DNA from: Amoebophrya sp. A120
Taxonomy: Eukaryota > Protista > Dinoflagellata
DNA: 64,000 nucleotides
Direction of reading: 5' to 3'
NCBI GenBank assembly: GCA_905178155.1
Contig: CAJINV010000001.1
Coordinates: 1,601,904-1,665,903, forward strand
Part shown: one piece after another, positions 37,430-50,992 of the stretch
Layout: each line of letters starts with the position of its first letter
Numbering within the stretch: position 1 is the first letter of the stretch
Translations under genes and position numbers: made by a program
Notes under the pieces: model-generated
What the model was told of the DNA's origin: nothing
What the model saw: only the letters and a program-made list of their open reading frames with translations
The model's database searches: none

Positions 37430-38950
37430 CTACATCGACTTCTGGCCCGGCTCCGCCAACCCCGACAAATCCTTCATTTCCTGCAGTTCAGAAAGGGGAA
37501 GGTACAGGTTGCGCAGATCGCCCGGCACCTCCAGCCACCCGTCGCCGCAGTCATACCCGCGCACCGCGAAATCCGGGCGCAACACGAGCTCGACTTCCTG
37601 ATCTTTCAGCTCCACGGTGGCCTGATGAGGTTGAGTGCTCAGTATAAGTAAGTAATAGATCAAGAACAACTACGGGTAGTAGAATAGCGAAACAAGCAAG
37701 AAACGCGTTCTTGCATGAGCATGTTGACCACGATTGGATTAGCATGCTGTGTTGGACGAGGAGCAAATGGAAATTTTTATGCAGACAAAATAAATCTATC
37801 CGCTTTATTTTACCGTCTCTCGCACGTCTTTGTCCGTTCTGTATGGGAGTTCCTCCAGGAGCGTTTTGTAGACCCCTCTTCCCTCCCCGGCGGCAAGCGC
37901 ATCCGGGGTCGACTTCGGGTTAAATTCCATGGGCACGACCACGCAGAGGCGAAACGCTGGCTCCACACTGCAGGCGAACACGTCGAATCTACAGGATGAT
38001 AGATTATTGTGAAGCACCATTGGCATTGTGCATGACAGTGCAAATTCCTGATGCGACAACACGCATTGCAAATTAAACGAAGTTTTAATTTTAATCGTGG
38101 CACTTACCTGCACATGTCCTGATTGTAGTCCAGCCAAAATTGGAGCTCGGTCTTTCCTATCCGGTGCAAAAATATCGTACTCGTAGTAATCGCAGTCATG
38201 TATTACAAATCTCTTTCTCAAGTTAAATCCGCATCACAAATCTTATTTCTCATGCTGAGATGAAAGAGGAGCTTTGTCATGCGACTTACACTAGTACGAT
38301 GCTTTTGCATTTCATATTTCCCCTCCTTCTATGAAAGGAAAAAGCCACTCTAACATGATCCAAAATGACTCCGATAGAAGACTCGCTTGATGAAGATGAA
38401 AAAAAAAAAGAAGAAGAGCATTCACATTGTCTCGCTCTCTGCAAGATAAATCTGACTGTGTCGACGCTGGTGACAAAAATAGGTCGTAGTATAGTGGTCT
38501 TTTTCTTTCCGATACTTGCTCATTGACCTGCAGCAATCTCGCATCAACTCCGTGCCTTTTGGTGACAGCCGGTGCCAGTACCTTTTTTTTCCATTTGAGT
38601 ACTATGGATAAACCGAAGGACCTGGCGGCCCAACTCAACTCGTCGTCACGGTCGTGAAAAACAAAAACTTTTCAAAACAGTGTAAGTACATTAACATACC
38701 CGTCCGCTCCCCAGTTCTCCCGCAGGATTTCGTTTGCCCTCTCGAGACCGGTGCGGTAGGCAGAGCGGTCGGGAAAGTATGCGTGCAGCCGTGAGTCCAT
38801 AAGATCGGGGTCGGTGCGGAGCTGCGGCTTGCCGCCCGACATGGCAATAGAGGGGATGAACACGATTTCGGCCAGTTCAGGAATGCGGGCGAGGTCGTAC
38901 TGGGTCATGTACATCAGCTCGCCCTGCTTGTGCCCGCCGAGGCACGACAT
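37430..38950 (-). CDS. Hypothetical multi-exon protein
   Basis: GC3-rich exons separated by GT-AG introns (e.g. 37989-38107) and one introner; exact model uncertain. Confidence 0.6.
38158..38316. mobile_element. Introner, family A
   Basis: tatccggtgcaaaaatatcg...cgatgcttttgcatttcata; direct repeat tttcc. Confidence 0.88.
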
Positions 38951-40770
38951 GGCTATGGCTGTGTGCTGTGAGATTTACTTTATCGCTTCTACGGTCCTCG
39001 CTTCCTGTTGAAATGAATAGTCTACGAAGAAATTTTTTTTCTCACTTCGTCCTGTCCGAAGTGCGGGTTATTGACGTGCGTTTTAAAGCGAAAAAGCCGC
39101 AAATAGTAATAGAGTAAAGAAATCCCGTCGTAGGTATCAGAAACAAGAAAAGGAAAAAAAGATACGACCTCAATAAAAACGCTCACTGTCACTCTGGAGG
39201 CTTTCTCTCAAGAAAAGAGAAACAAAAAAATGACGAGCTCACCGCGTTGAAGGAGCTCGTCAACAGATATCACCACAAAAAAAAAACTACGCAAGGTCGG
39301 AAAAGGACGAGCTCGAGCCTTAGACTTCGTTACACTTCGAGTGGGAGGAAAAAACAACAAAACTGACCACGACCTGCATGCTATCTCGGACTATCACAGA
39401 CCGCTTAGTGATGTAAGTTGCGCGCTTCCTCGAGGACAAAGAACGCCCGGGTAGACTTGACTTTCGCGCCCAGAAGTCAAGCACCACGCACAAAGCACGC
39501 GTGCGACTGATCCATTCTTTCAAAAGCATTAACAGTGGACGTAACCGTTGCAAGCAAGTGTTATCTTCTGCGCGAGGAGCTCTTCGCGTACCCAGTGTTC
39601 TAGATATATTTCCATTTGTTCAACATCGTTGTCAGCAAGCTCTCTAAAAGTAAGTGTGAGTTAAAGTGATTTTCCAAATCCTTCCTCCGAACGAGTTCTT
39701 GTAAGTATAATCTATTAAGTTTTAAGGTAGTAAGCGTCAAGTGTGTCAGAGCATGAGGTATCGCCAGGTCGTGCTATCGCCGTCGCGGTCAGGTCGAGGC
39801 ACGAGGTGATCAGGGGTGAGGGTAGTGTAGTGTAATTTGGTTCCGTACATTGATATTCATTTTTTTTCCCGAACTTGTACTGGTGCGGCTCCGCTAGGGG
39901 GGAAGTAGCAGCGTAGCAGCCCGCACGTTAGGACTTGAAGAGGAGTATCTGTTAGGTTTTTTGTAGTAGTGAGTCAACAGCGTAAGAAGGGCCGGGTTGT
40001 GTAGTGCTCAACACATCTCTTGCTTGACCTACCAGACATACGAATGCAAAGAACCTGCATGTTGGTACCAAAGGCAAAGGTTTATAGTACCATCATGGGC
40101 CCGATCTGGAAAAACGCGTATGTTTTTGCCTCAAACGTTGCTGCGCAGTTGAAGGACTTCCCTACGATGCAGTGCCACCCGGGAACATACTTGGCGTCGA
40201 AGAAATTTTTTATCTGTGATTTGGCATTATATCATGATTTTGCTAGCTGCTGTAGCTGTTGTGGATGCACCTACTGCTGCCGCAGTAGTTGTCAGAAGGA
40301 GAGAGACAAATATGAACGGCAGAAATGGCAAAGAGGACACAGCAGAAGATGAAAAGGACAAAAATGTACGTGTTTTGCTATGTCCTTTTCGGTCTCGAAC
40401 TTTTGGACGGCCAGGGCACCTTGTGAGATGGCGTCTTGTCTCATCTCGGAGCCCTCCTCCATGTCGCAAGTGAGCTGTTTTTTTTTGTCGATTTTTTTTC
40501 TCTTCGGTGCTGTGCAATACCAGAAGAAACCAAAAACATGCATACACTTTCTTGGATTATCAACCATCACGAAGCCATCAGCTTCATCAAGAAATAGAAA
40601 CAAATAAGTACCATTGTCTCCGACATCTTGCAGGAAGATGCGGGTTGCTCACGACGCAGAGGATATTGTTTGTCTTCCTTTTATTTTTGCTTCCTATCGC
40701 TTTTTCCTTTCCCCCCCTAAAAATTGGTTCGAAGAAAAATAATTAAAATCATCCGCGTGTCGTGGGTATA

Positions 40771-40792
40771 TGTGTGTGTGTGTGTGTGTGTG
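40771..40792. repeat. (TG)n microsatellite
   Basis: About 11 TG units. Confidence 0.9.
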
Positions 40793-41485
40793 GTCTTGCA
40801 CCGCCGCGAATGTTGCGAACGAAGCTACGAGTTGGTCACAGGCACATGTTCCAGTGGTATTCGTCTTGTGGTTTGTGCAACAATGATTGTCTATGTCACT
40901 CCACCACCATACAAACGAGCGGAAAATCTACGATCGAACTCGACAAGAAACGTCCGGACGCTCCTCTGCCACTCTTGCAACTCATATTGCTCGTCGCGTC
41001 GGACGAGCAAAAAGTACGTTCAAAATCTTTTTTCTCTCATACGGAAACTGTGAAATCACAGGGCTCATCGCTCCTCAAAGTACATATGTAAATGAAGGTT
41101 TCAACGCGACGTCACCAACGTAGGTTATTCTTTTTGACAAACAAGAACTTCAACAGGGAGAACTCACTGTGTATCATCTTCATACTGCTTGTACAACTGT
41201 ATTCAGTACGTAGGCGCACTTTAATATAACATTCGCCTTCGCGTTGCCGTGTCAAACCGCTGGAACGAGTCCAGTACACGGCGAAGAATAGTTAAAAACC
41301 AGCAGTCATTCCAGATAAAAATTTCAATATATCATTGGTCAAGATCATTTTTGTCGTGGTACAGGCATTCTTTTCTGCGAGTATTGGTGTCGTGTCGTCA
41401 TCTGTGGTTAAAATTACAATCTCTCCGGCGCCCAACGAGTGGGAGGTTCTTTAATATCATCGATCCATCGCCGTCTGCGCTCCTT

Positions 41486-44400
41486 CTACAAGTGTTCCAG
41501 CAGGGGAACGTGGTAGGTCGCCGCGATCTTCTTTGTTTCTGTCATCAAGTCACTTGAGATCAACACCAAGAGAACTCCGCCCTCCATCTCGATCGTGTAA
41601 GTTTTTTCCTTCTTCTCTTCGGTCTGGCTTTGAGTCACTGTGGTGACAGTCGTCGGCTTTTCGTCTTTCGCCTCTTTCTCTTGACCTGTTGTTGAAGTAG
41701 GTTTTTTGTCAGTATCTGCACCCGCAACCGCATTGACGACATGCGGATTCTGGTCTTTGGATGTTTCGGAAGATTGTTTTTCCGTCTCCACTCCCGGCGC
41801 TTTGAACTCCAAAGCCGCCTTGAGCGCCTGCCGGGGGGTCAGGGCTTCTTGGTCGTTGTGTGTGTCGTCTTCTTTTTCGTTGGCACTCTCGGCGACCCCG
41901 GAGGAGACGACTGCATCGGATTTTGGCGGGTGCTCTTCCGGAGCGGTGCCAGCCTTTCCTTTCACCTCCTGCTCTCCCGTGGGAAAGTGGTCAAACGCCC
42001 TGATAACATCCTCCAGCGTGTGTATGGTCAGCCCGTTGATCCGCTCGACGATCAAGTTTCGGTGGGCGTACCCAGCGGTTAGGTCGGCTTGGAGGACTTT
42101 GGTGCAGAGCACATACTGTGGGTTTTCCTCTGTGCGGTAATCCACCATTAACTTCTTGATCCGGGCCCGCGCCCACGCGCCCTTGAGCGCCAGGTTCCGC
42201 GTGAAGGGTTGGAACACAACGCCCCCGCGCAGCACAAATCTCGGTCGCACGTCGTACAGGTGCTCTATATCCTGTGCAAAAGTATCGCACTCGTACTCTT
42301 TGCAAATATGCATGGCAAATATTTTTCCTAAGGCAAAACAGCATTACAAATTCCACTTTCCTTCTTGCCAAATTTGTCATGCAATTTATAAATAGTACGA
42401 TACTTTTGCAATGCATACTCTACCGCGTACCGCAAATCGGCGGGACGCTGGGTCAAAGCCACCGTCGCGGAGTGAATGGCGCCTGTGTGTCGAGATTACG
42501 TAGGTTATGCTTATCATCTGCTTTTGCATATGGTGCATCTCCACGGAGCGTTCAAGATCTCTGAAGCAGCAGGGAAAGCTGCAGGTGATTGAGGCCGGAA
42601 GTAGGTGGACGCGGATCTACAAACTACGACGGCTAAGCTGTTGTATCATGACTGAATGCAGCTGCACTAAATCAAGTTGAACGTCGTGCACTGAGAAAAT
42701 TAAAATTAAATCTTCATACCATCCCGAAACCACTTGAAGTACACCGACTCGCCCAGGGTTTTCCCCGTGTAGCACGCGTGGGTCCAGCGGGTGCGCTCGC
42801 CTTTTCTGAGCTCGATGGTCCCGTTCTCTCCCACCGGGTAGGCCCCCACCTGCAGCAGAACATCCTTCGGCTCCAAGACGCCGAAGAGGGGCGAATACTC
42901 CCCGATCTTTGATACCATCACGCCGCCCTCGAGCGATTTCGGAGAGATTTCGTGGTGCTTCGTCACCGTCACCAGGATCCCCGCTTTCGTCGTGACCTCG
43001 GATATTACGTTTTGTTCCGCTACAACACCCGCTCCGACCACGGCCTCACCCTTCGCACTTGCTTCCTCGGCTTTCGATTCGTGATCCAGGCACTCCAAAC
43101 CGAGTGCGCGGCGGAAGGATTTGTTTTCCAGCCTCTGCACGTTAATCCCGACGTCCGGCGTCACCAATATGGGGTTCTCAAACGTTACACTCTCAACTGT
43201 TACATGATTTGTCATGCAGAATGACCATGACCCGCCAGACGATCAAGCTGCTTCGCATGACAAATTCTCGAAAGGCTAAATAGCACTGTAATCCGGATCA
43301 AACCTGTAATGCAAGACGCGCAAGGTTCTCCCTCTGCTCTCACCTGTGCTAGTCTTGCATTACAAATTCATGTAACAGTTGAGAATGTAACGTTTCCGTT
43401 TGAGAACGCCATAACCAAATTTCGATCTTCGTCGTCCAACGCGATGACGCGCTTGAGCACGTCGACCGCAATCATGTACCCCCCCGGCTTGTTGTCGTAG
43501 CCCTGGAACACCACGCCCACGACTTCTATGCACTGGAAAAGTATCGCACTCGTACTAATTGCAGTTATGCATTACAAATCTAGGTTGTTAAGGTAAATCC
43601 GCATTACAAATTTAATTTGTAATGCTGAGCTAATGCTAATTTGTATTGCAATTTATACTAGTGCGATGCTTTTGCAGTTCATAACCTCCTCATTATCGCC
43701 AATCACCGGACCGCCCGAGTTGCCCCCGACAATCGCCGTATCCATGTCGCAGCTGAGAACCTCAGACCCGCCGCCGTGAGCAGTTTCGTTCATCTCGACC
43801 CGGGAAACGACACCTGAAATTCGAAAGGCAGATAATTTGCTGGGGTTTTTAATTTCTGTACCGGCTACTTCGTCTCGTTGGTCTTGGTTCTATCCTTGAG
43901 ATTTGTTTTCATTTCATTTGCCATGGTGCCTCTTGTGCATCAAAAAAAAGTACTATCATGTTCTCATTTAATTGCAAGGTGAAGAGAAGTTTTCACTGCA
44001 AAGCGCTAGCTCAGCTATCAGGAAACAAAGGTTACCTTTCGTCAAGCTCATTTCTTCTCCGCCCCAGGGAAAGCCGTACGCGAAGACTTCGTCCCCCACC
44101 CGTGGGGTTTCCCCGAACTTCAGTGTGATGGTGTCTTTGAAGAAGCTTTGCAGCACTTTCTCCCGCTGTTCGTCCATCACTTTCTTTGCCGTTTCTGGGT
44201 CTTGCTGCTCGCTACTGCTCGCATTGTTGCTATTATTCAAGGCCGCAACTGCAGCAGCATCAGGATTTCCTCCTGTCGTACTACCCTCGTTGCCGCTCGC
44301 TGCTGGTTCTGCTACTGCGAGTTTATTCTTCTTGGACCGCTTCGAGGGCCGTGTAGTTCCGGACAAAATCGCGTCCGCGTCCAGTTCCAAAATCGCCAGG

Positions 44401-45391
44401 TCCACCGAGTGCATATCCTGTGCAAAAGTATCGCACTCGTAGTAATCGCAGTCATGCATTACAAATCTCCATCCCACGGTTAAACAGCATGACAAATTCC
44501 ATTTTTCATGCTGAGCCAATTTGTAATGCAATTACTACTAGTACGATACTTTTGCAGAGCATAGTGCAGGATTCTTCGTAATTTTGCCGGGTACTTGCGG
44601 CTCGTGCCGGCTTTCCGCAGCTGGATGAACGTCGTGTTAGAAACCACATGGGCGTTGGTCACGATCCGGTTTCCAGTGATGAAGAACCCGCTGCCGCTGC
44701 CCTGGCCCTGCTTGGGCGCCGACCACGGGTTGTCATAGTCGTAACTTGCGGCGGTGTTGTAGATCTTCACCAGGGATTTTGCAATTTTCCCGAACACCGA
44801 CTGCTTCTCGGCGGTTTTGGTGGCCAGCTCCGTGGTCTCCCCCAGTGTGGTAAGCAGGGAACCCAGGGACTTCAGCGTCTTGGTTACATCGTCGGAAGTA
44901 GAACTTCCCGGCGTACTAGCCGGAAGAAGTGCACTGCTACTTGCGTTATTGCCGCCAAGCGCAGTCGCCAACAGCTTTGAAACCATTTCAGCCGCGGCTG
45001 CACCTCCTCCGGCGTTCAATAAAGTAGAATCCAGTTGTTGTGCAGGAGGGGATGAAGACAACTCGGGCTTGTTTATCATTCCCGCCGTAGGATTTGTTGT
45101 AGTAGCATTAGCTGTGGTTGTGCCTCCAAGTTGTACCTTCTTGGACGAAGTAGACAAGTCTACTGCAGCCGCTGCTGTGCTGGGCAATGCCAAGCCAGCG
45201 TGTCTTGCGTCGTCAGATATGCGCCTGGCCTTGAGGACCGACGCTTTGTCGGTTGCGCCGCCGCCGTCCTGCGGCCGCTTATTCATCTGACTGTTGGAGC
45301 GCGGTCGTGCCATCTGATCGACGGCGTTCTCCTCGGGCGAATCCTCGGCGGCGGGAGGGGGTGCGGAGAAGTCTTCTTCGGCTCCTTCCAT
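41486..45391 (-). CDS. DegP/HtrA serine protease with PDZ region (Deg2/Deg9-like)
   Basis: GSGSGFFI, VTNAHVV (His), ILH|SVDLAIL (Asp), GFPWGG, AIVGGNSGGP (Ser), VVGVVFQG; C-terminal GGVVFQPFT and INGLTIHTL; four introners plus canonical introns. Confidence 0.92.
42268..42417. mobile_element. Introner, family A
   Basis: tatcctgtgcaaaagtatcg...cgatacttttgcaatgcata; direct repeat ctcta. Confidence 0.9.
43168..43413. mobile_element. Introner, family E
   Basis: tatggggttctcaaacgttacactctcaactgttac...gtaacagttgagaatgtaacg...tgagaacgccata; direct repeat accaa. Confidence 0.9.
43527..43683. mobile_element. Introner, family A
   Basis: tatgcactggaaaagtatcg...cgatgcttttgcagttcata; flanks acttc/acctc. 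Confidence 0.88.
44414..44563. mobile_element. Introner, family A
   Basis: tatcctgtgcaaaagtatcg...cgatacttttgcagagcata; direct repeat gtgca; restores the spacing before the catalytic Asp. Confidence 0.92.
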
Positions 45392-46852
45392 AGTTTTAGT
45401 TTCGCTGTACTTCTTCTCCTCTTCAGTGTCGGTAACGTGCGGACTTAAAAACTTTTGTGGTTGTGCCGAAGATACTGATACGGAATAAACTACGAGAGTT
45501 AAACAGCTAGAATTCTACAAACAGACATTGATATGATTGACCCTTCGCATACCTTTTTCTGCTGTAGTAACCACTTTTTTTGTATTCGGGAGATCAATTT
45601 GTCTTTGTGTTCATCAGATCTAAAAAATGTATGGACGTCCTTCTTTTTGATTTTGGGATCACCGCCGTTCTTATCGGAGGCGGAGATTCGCTGTGAATGC
45701 GATGACATCTCCCGAAAATAAAGCGAGAGCCGTTATTGAAAAACGTGTACAAGTGATTGGAAAACAAACAAACAAGCCACAGACAGTCCGATTCCTGGTG
45801 ATGAGGGGAACAATTCCTTCTTCTATGAACTTCTTCGCACATGCGCGGGTCCAGGAGCAGGCACCACATAATATCGTTATCGACGGGACAAGAGAAGAGC
45901 AACTGTTGTTTCACACAGGTGCCCTCGCCACGCGCGTCGTGCACATCAAGTGGAAATACAGGAGAGTAAGAACTCATCTTGGGGAAAATAAACAGTTAAA
46001 AGGAACTACAAAACTCCAGCAGTCGCAGGACCTGGGTGGATCTTCGTATCATGAAAGAACCTAAGAAGTTGTAAAGTATGAAACAGACCACGATCATCCA
46101 ACATACCATTGTCGTGACGATCCGCCAGTATCTGTATCCAAAGAATAAAGGTCAAATGAAAGATCGCATTCGCAATCGGCAGCACAAATGCACACAGTTT
46201 ATCAACATCCCACTTCCGACGCATCGCACCGAACACAACAAGGAATTTCCAAACGCCCGCCGTATTTGGGGGGTACTTATTGTATGACGTCGCAATCGTG
46301 CGAGTGTCGTATACAAAATGTAAAATCTAAATTCGGTATCGGTATAGAAAATATGTGCGCACTGTCTATTATCATCGAGCGAAATTATAAAGAGCCGCAA
46401 CTTAGAAAGCCAGTGTCTTTTGATGACTGATTTTCCAAGAGCAAAGGCTCTGCTTCAAAAACAAGAAGTCAGGACCAACGGTTATCACAGTCAGCACGTG
46501 CACATTGCCCGATCTCGCGCATGAGAAGCAAGCCGTGTGCTCGTCGCAAAAACAGCATCGAAGCGCTGGCGGCGCTACAAAACTCCTGCTATGTCCAAAT
46601 TTTTATTTTGTACACTTTTGTTGCGCATAAAAAAAGTGAGCAGTTCTACCTGCTCATGCTGTTGCTGGGTCACGGTCATATATGCGGTGCGCGAAATATA
46701 CCCAGACAAAGCATGATCGGGTGAAAGAAAGTTCTCCGGTATTTGTTTTGTTTGATATGATCTGATACTCTCTGGCTCGTGACCAGGCGGACTGCTCTGG
46801 AGTCGGTCCACATGCGTTCTTCCGTCTCCAACTTTATTTTGCCTTCCATTTT

Positions 46853-49800
46853 TTATCCCGGCACCCCATCTGCTTTTTTCGCCGCGTGCTGCGCTGCTAG
46901 TGCGTTTATCCTATGTTGCACGGAATGCCACTTGTTTTGCGTTGCGAGCGAGTAGGGGTGGCTCGGGCCGCACAGTATGGCAAACTGCGACTGCGCTTTC
47001 CGGTACAGAGTGAGGCACTCGGACAGTCGGGAAAGTCGCTCGCGGTTGTTTTTCCCCTTGTCCGCCGGCGAGCTTTGAGAACTACTATTGCCACTTTTCA
47101 GCGGATTCGCGCTCGACCCGCGGCTCGGAGAGCTGGCTCCGCCGGCAGACGGGGAGCTGCCGCCACTTTTAGTGCCCCCGGTCTCGGGCTGCGCCATCGA
47201 CTGGAGGTTGTCGGCGAGGGCTTCGAGATCGCCCGCCCAGATGAACGAGGGACGCCCAAACGTGCGCTCGTGATAGGAGATGCGATTGCGCTGGTGGAGC
47301 ATGGAGGCACCGAGGTCCTTTCTGGTCTCGGTGTAGTACTCGCCTAACAGTTGTTCGCACTGGAAGACGCACCAATGATTCTCGTGAAAGAAATCCAGGG
47401 TGGCATTGTATACCTTTAATCATTAAGAGTATTTGTAATATTATAGTGACGAGACCACGTCGTGGCGTTAGTTTGCTGGAAGTGGATATCCATATTTGTT
47501 GCAAAGAGGGAAACAACAAGCACGAGTATGACCAGGACGATAAAGAAAATCTTTCATCATCAACAAGATAAAAATACCAGTTCCATGTCCTGGATGTTTG
47601 TTTTGTCCAGTTGCTCAATCCTTTGTACGTATTTTATGGCGTTCTCAAACGTTACATTCTCAACTGTTACAACATGATTTTTTGTCATGCAAAATGACCA
47701 TGAGCCGCCAGACGATCGAGCTGCTTCGAATGACAAATTATCGGAGGGCTAAACAGCATCTAACTCTGGGCCAAATTTGTGATGCACGACTCGCAAGCTT
47801 GCCCCTTTCCCTATTGCTGTTTTTTGACAAATTCGTGTAACAGTTGAGAACGTAACATTTGAGAACTCCATATATTCCGGCTCCAGAGACAAGCACTGCT
47901 CGGCCGCAAAGTCCGTGCAGGGTTCCCCGCAGACGTCGCAGGCGGTCAGCCGCTCGCTCGGCCGTATCTTGGCCTTCTTGGAAGCCGGAGACAAGCTTTT
48001 TGGCTCGTCGTTCATATCGTTGGTCTCTGCCTCGCGAAGTAGACCACCTCCTCTACCTGGCGACGCGCTTTTCCTTCCATTTGAAGCGTCCTTCTCCCTC
48101 ACGCCACTGCTCCGGCGATTGGAGGACCCACTTGTTCCTCCCGGTGATTTGTCCGTGCGGCTGATTTTCACGGGCGATTTCTGGCCGCTCTTGCTGCGCG
48201 CGGTGGGGGACGCGGCGCTCGGGTTTTGCCGTTTGCCGGCCGGTATCAAATGCAAAAATGCCTGGGTCTGGAGTGTTGCCGGGTTTGTCATGCATATTTT
48301 GCATGACCCAGGATGTCTGTAATGTATGACCTAGCATCACAGATTTTTAGAGGGCTTCCTGGTGCCTATTCCGCATGACCAAGGCCCTCCCCGCGTAGCA
48401 CAAACTAGACTCCTCCTGCTGATCATGCAATACAGATTTTTTTTGAGTCCAAAGCTCGCATCACAAGCTCCAACCTTCCAGACCCAGATATTTTTGCATT
48501 TGATAGCCGGGTCCGACCCCACGATTCGGCCGTGGAGGAGCGCGGAGCTGTATGAAGGTGCACAAGTACTACCCCTCCCCCTCATTTGTGTTGCATGAGC
48601 TGCAATAGAAACACCAGTGCACATGGAGCCTGCGCATGACAAGTTCATGCGCGTAGCTAGTGTAGTACTTTGTAGGCTTCCAGAATCTGTCATGGTGGAA
48701 ACGGTGCGACAAGGCAGCGCTTGGATATGGGATTTTGCATCACAAATAAGGGGGACGGGGAGGGGGAGCTGTGCACTCTCATAAGCTGCTGCTGGCCGAC
48801 GAGGAGGAGGACGAGGAGGACGCGGACCGCGTCGACTCAGAGCACACGTCCTGGTAGAGCAGCTGCTGGCTCTGCCGGCCAAACCCGGTGAAGTTGGTGC
48901 TCTCCCCGACGGCCGTTTTCACCCGCGGAACATTCCACGTGAACAGCTTGTGGTCCTTCTCCTTCTCCTGTAAATTTACGTTCTTGCACTTCGGACTACT
49001 GCTGGACGACGTGGCTTGGAACCGCATTTCCTCCTCGTTCTTCGTGTACTGCTTGCGAATCTGCTCCGTCTCGGACGGGTTGTAGTTCTCCTTGTAGTAG
49101 TGCGCCCCCGCGCGGCACCGCAGGCACCGGTAGCCGCGGCTAACGTCCACTTTCAGGTTGCACCGCGTGCAACCGCAGGTGAACTTCCAGTTCTCGAGCT
49201 TTTCGCGCCGGACGTCTGTGCTCTTCAATAGGTCTTCGTCCTGAAGAGAGGAAGTAGTTGTGGGGCTTTTTCTACTAGGAAGAAGTCATGGATTCGTAAG
49301 GCTAGAAGCATCATCAAAATCAAGTTTCGATGCGAGCGCTGCGATGCGCAGCGCTGGCTCCGCCCTGTATACCTGAAGATAGCTGATGGTGAGTTCGGAG
49401 CCCGCTTCCAAGGCCACCCGGGCCCGCAGCACGAAGGAGTCGTCATCCCCATACGTCCAACAGCAGGACGGGTCGCAGGAGTGCGCACACATGCTGATCC
49501 GGTTGTACAGAACGAGTCCGTCCTCCGTGTGGTGCCCGAAACTGTTGTACCGCCAGGCGTTGTATCCTGTGCAAAAGTATCGTATTCGTAGTAATCGGAG
49601 TCATGCATTACAAATCTCCATCCCAAGGCAAATCGGCATGACAAATTGCGTTTCTCATGCTCAGCTAATTTGTCATGCGATTTATACTAGTACGGTACTT
49701 TTGCAATGCATACGTTGATCAGCGTTTGCAAGAGCGTTTTGGTGAACTTCTTGCCGGAGGGAAACACGGCCGACGTGTCGGCAGGCATCACGCTCTTGAC

Positions 49801-50992
49801 CGCGACAAAATTCTGGGGAAACCCGAGCTTGTTGAAAATCCGGTGCACGTCCGCGCCCACGACCTCTTTCTCCTCATCCGGAACGAATTTGTCTTGGACG
49901 ACCTGCATAGCATTTGTGTATGAGTCCAACAAGCAGCACATGCCGATGCCGAACCGATCACGATGGATATTTATACATGAATTGCAGTAGAACTAGCATG
50001 CTGACAGACGGTGTTGCGGTTCTTGCAGCAGCATTAGCATTACGCATCACGTCCACGCTCTCGCCCTCGCCCACAAGTTATTTCCCTTCTGCCTTACCTG
50101 CAAGTCCGATGAGCCGAGCTCTAGCAGGCTGAGCAATGCTGCGTAGGCGAAGGTCCAGGTGCCGAGCTCAAACTGTTCTTCCTCGTGTAAGGACTTCAAG
50201 GCGTCCCACAAACCTTGGTGCCTGCTTTCGATCGCGACCAGCGTCGCCGCCTCGCAAAAAATGACTTCCCCCGAGCGGAGCGCGTAGCGGGTGAAGAGAC
50301 AGCGACCTTGTTGTATATGGTTCGATTTGAAGTCGGCGGTGAAATAGTTAGAGTTGGCGCTTGTTACACACCTCGCAAACAAGCAACATTCGAGAATCAT
50401 GGAGGCGCTGTTAGTCTCAATGCTGCAAGTAGGACATCTTGATCTTCAATGCCACACGAGTGACGGAAAAACTAGGACAAGAAGGGCAATAAACCTTTGT
50501 TTGGTAGGTCTTGGACAAAGGCCGCGTCCTCTATTTGGTGCCTGGGATAGGGTCGTGCGTCCTCGATCTTGGAAACGTCGGAAAGCGCGATAACGCGGTC
50601 TACCGTGTCCCCATCGTCCCAATCCACCACGACTTCCCCGCCTTTCAGCTCCCGAATCACCGCTGGGTAGTAGGTATGCATTGCAAAAGTTTCGTACTTA
50701 GTACAAATCACACCACAAATTTGCGCAAGAAGAGGAAACGTAGAATTTAAAATGCGTGTACAGCTCGGGAATAAAGACAATTTCGTATTTCACTTGTCAT
50801 GCATGATTGCAAATGCCATCTCCTGTACGAGTGCGACGCTTATTGCATTTCATAGTAGGAGCCGTTTTGGGTCCACTTCGCATGCACCCGGTCCCCCACG
50901 ACGAGACTTTTCCGGGAAGACGTGGAGTTGCGGGCTGAGGTGTGGTTGTTCTGAGGCGCCGCGGGCGGCGGGGGTGAGAATGCAGAGGCCAT
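46853..50992 (-). CDS. Tudor-like + SET (SMYD-like) lysine methyltransferase; the Tudor exons may be a separate gene
   Basis: VGDRVHAKWTQNGSY|YPAVI..VVVDWDDG (Tudor/Agenet-like); GRCLFT..LRSGEVIFCE; YNSF..LYNRISMCAHSCDPSC; GSELTISY; WKFTCGCTRC (post-SET); CGPSHPYS. Confidence 0.82.
47635..47872. mobile_element. Introner, family E
   Basis: Homologous to 43168-43413; flanks tattt/tattc. Confidence 0.87.
48244..48505. mobile_element. Introner, family D
   Basis: tatcaaatgcaaaaatgcctgggtctgga...tccagacccagatatttttgcatttgata; direct repeat gccgg. Confidence 0.9.
48551..48783. mobile_element. Introner, family C
   Basis: tatgaaggtgcaca...tgtgcactctcata; direct repeat agctg. Confidence 0.88.
49563..49712. 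mobile_element. Introner, family A
   Basis: Direct repeat cgttg; restores LIN|AWRYNSF. Confidence 0.9.
50675..50854. mobile_element. Introner, family A
   Basis: tatgcattgcaaaag...ttattgcatttcata; direct repeat gtagg. Confidence 0.87.

Noticed and set aside
39232-39318. gacgagctc inverted and direct repeats
   Set aside because: Only 9 bp, no TSD or second copy; compatible with chance.
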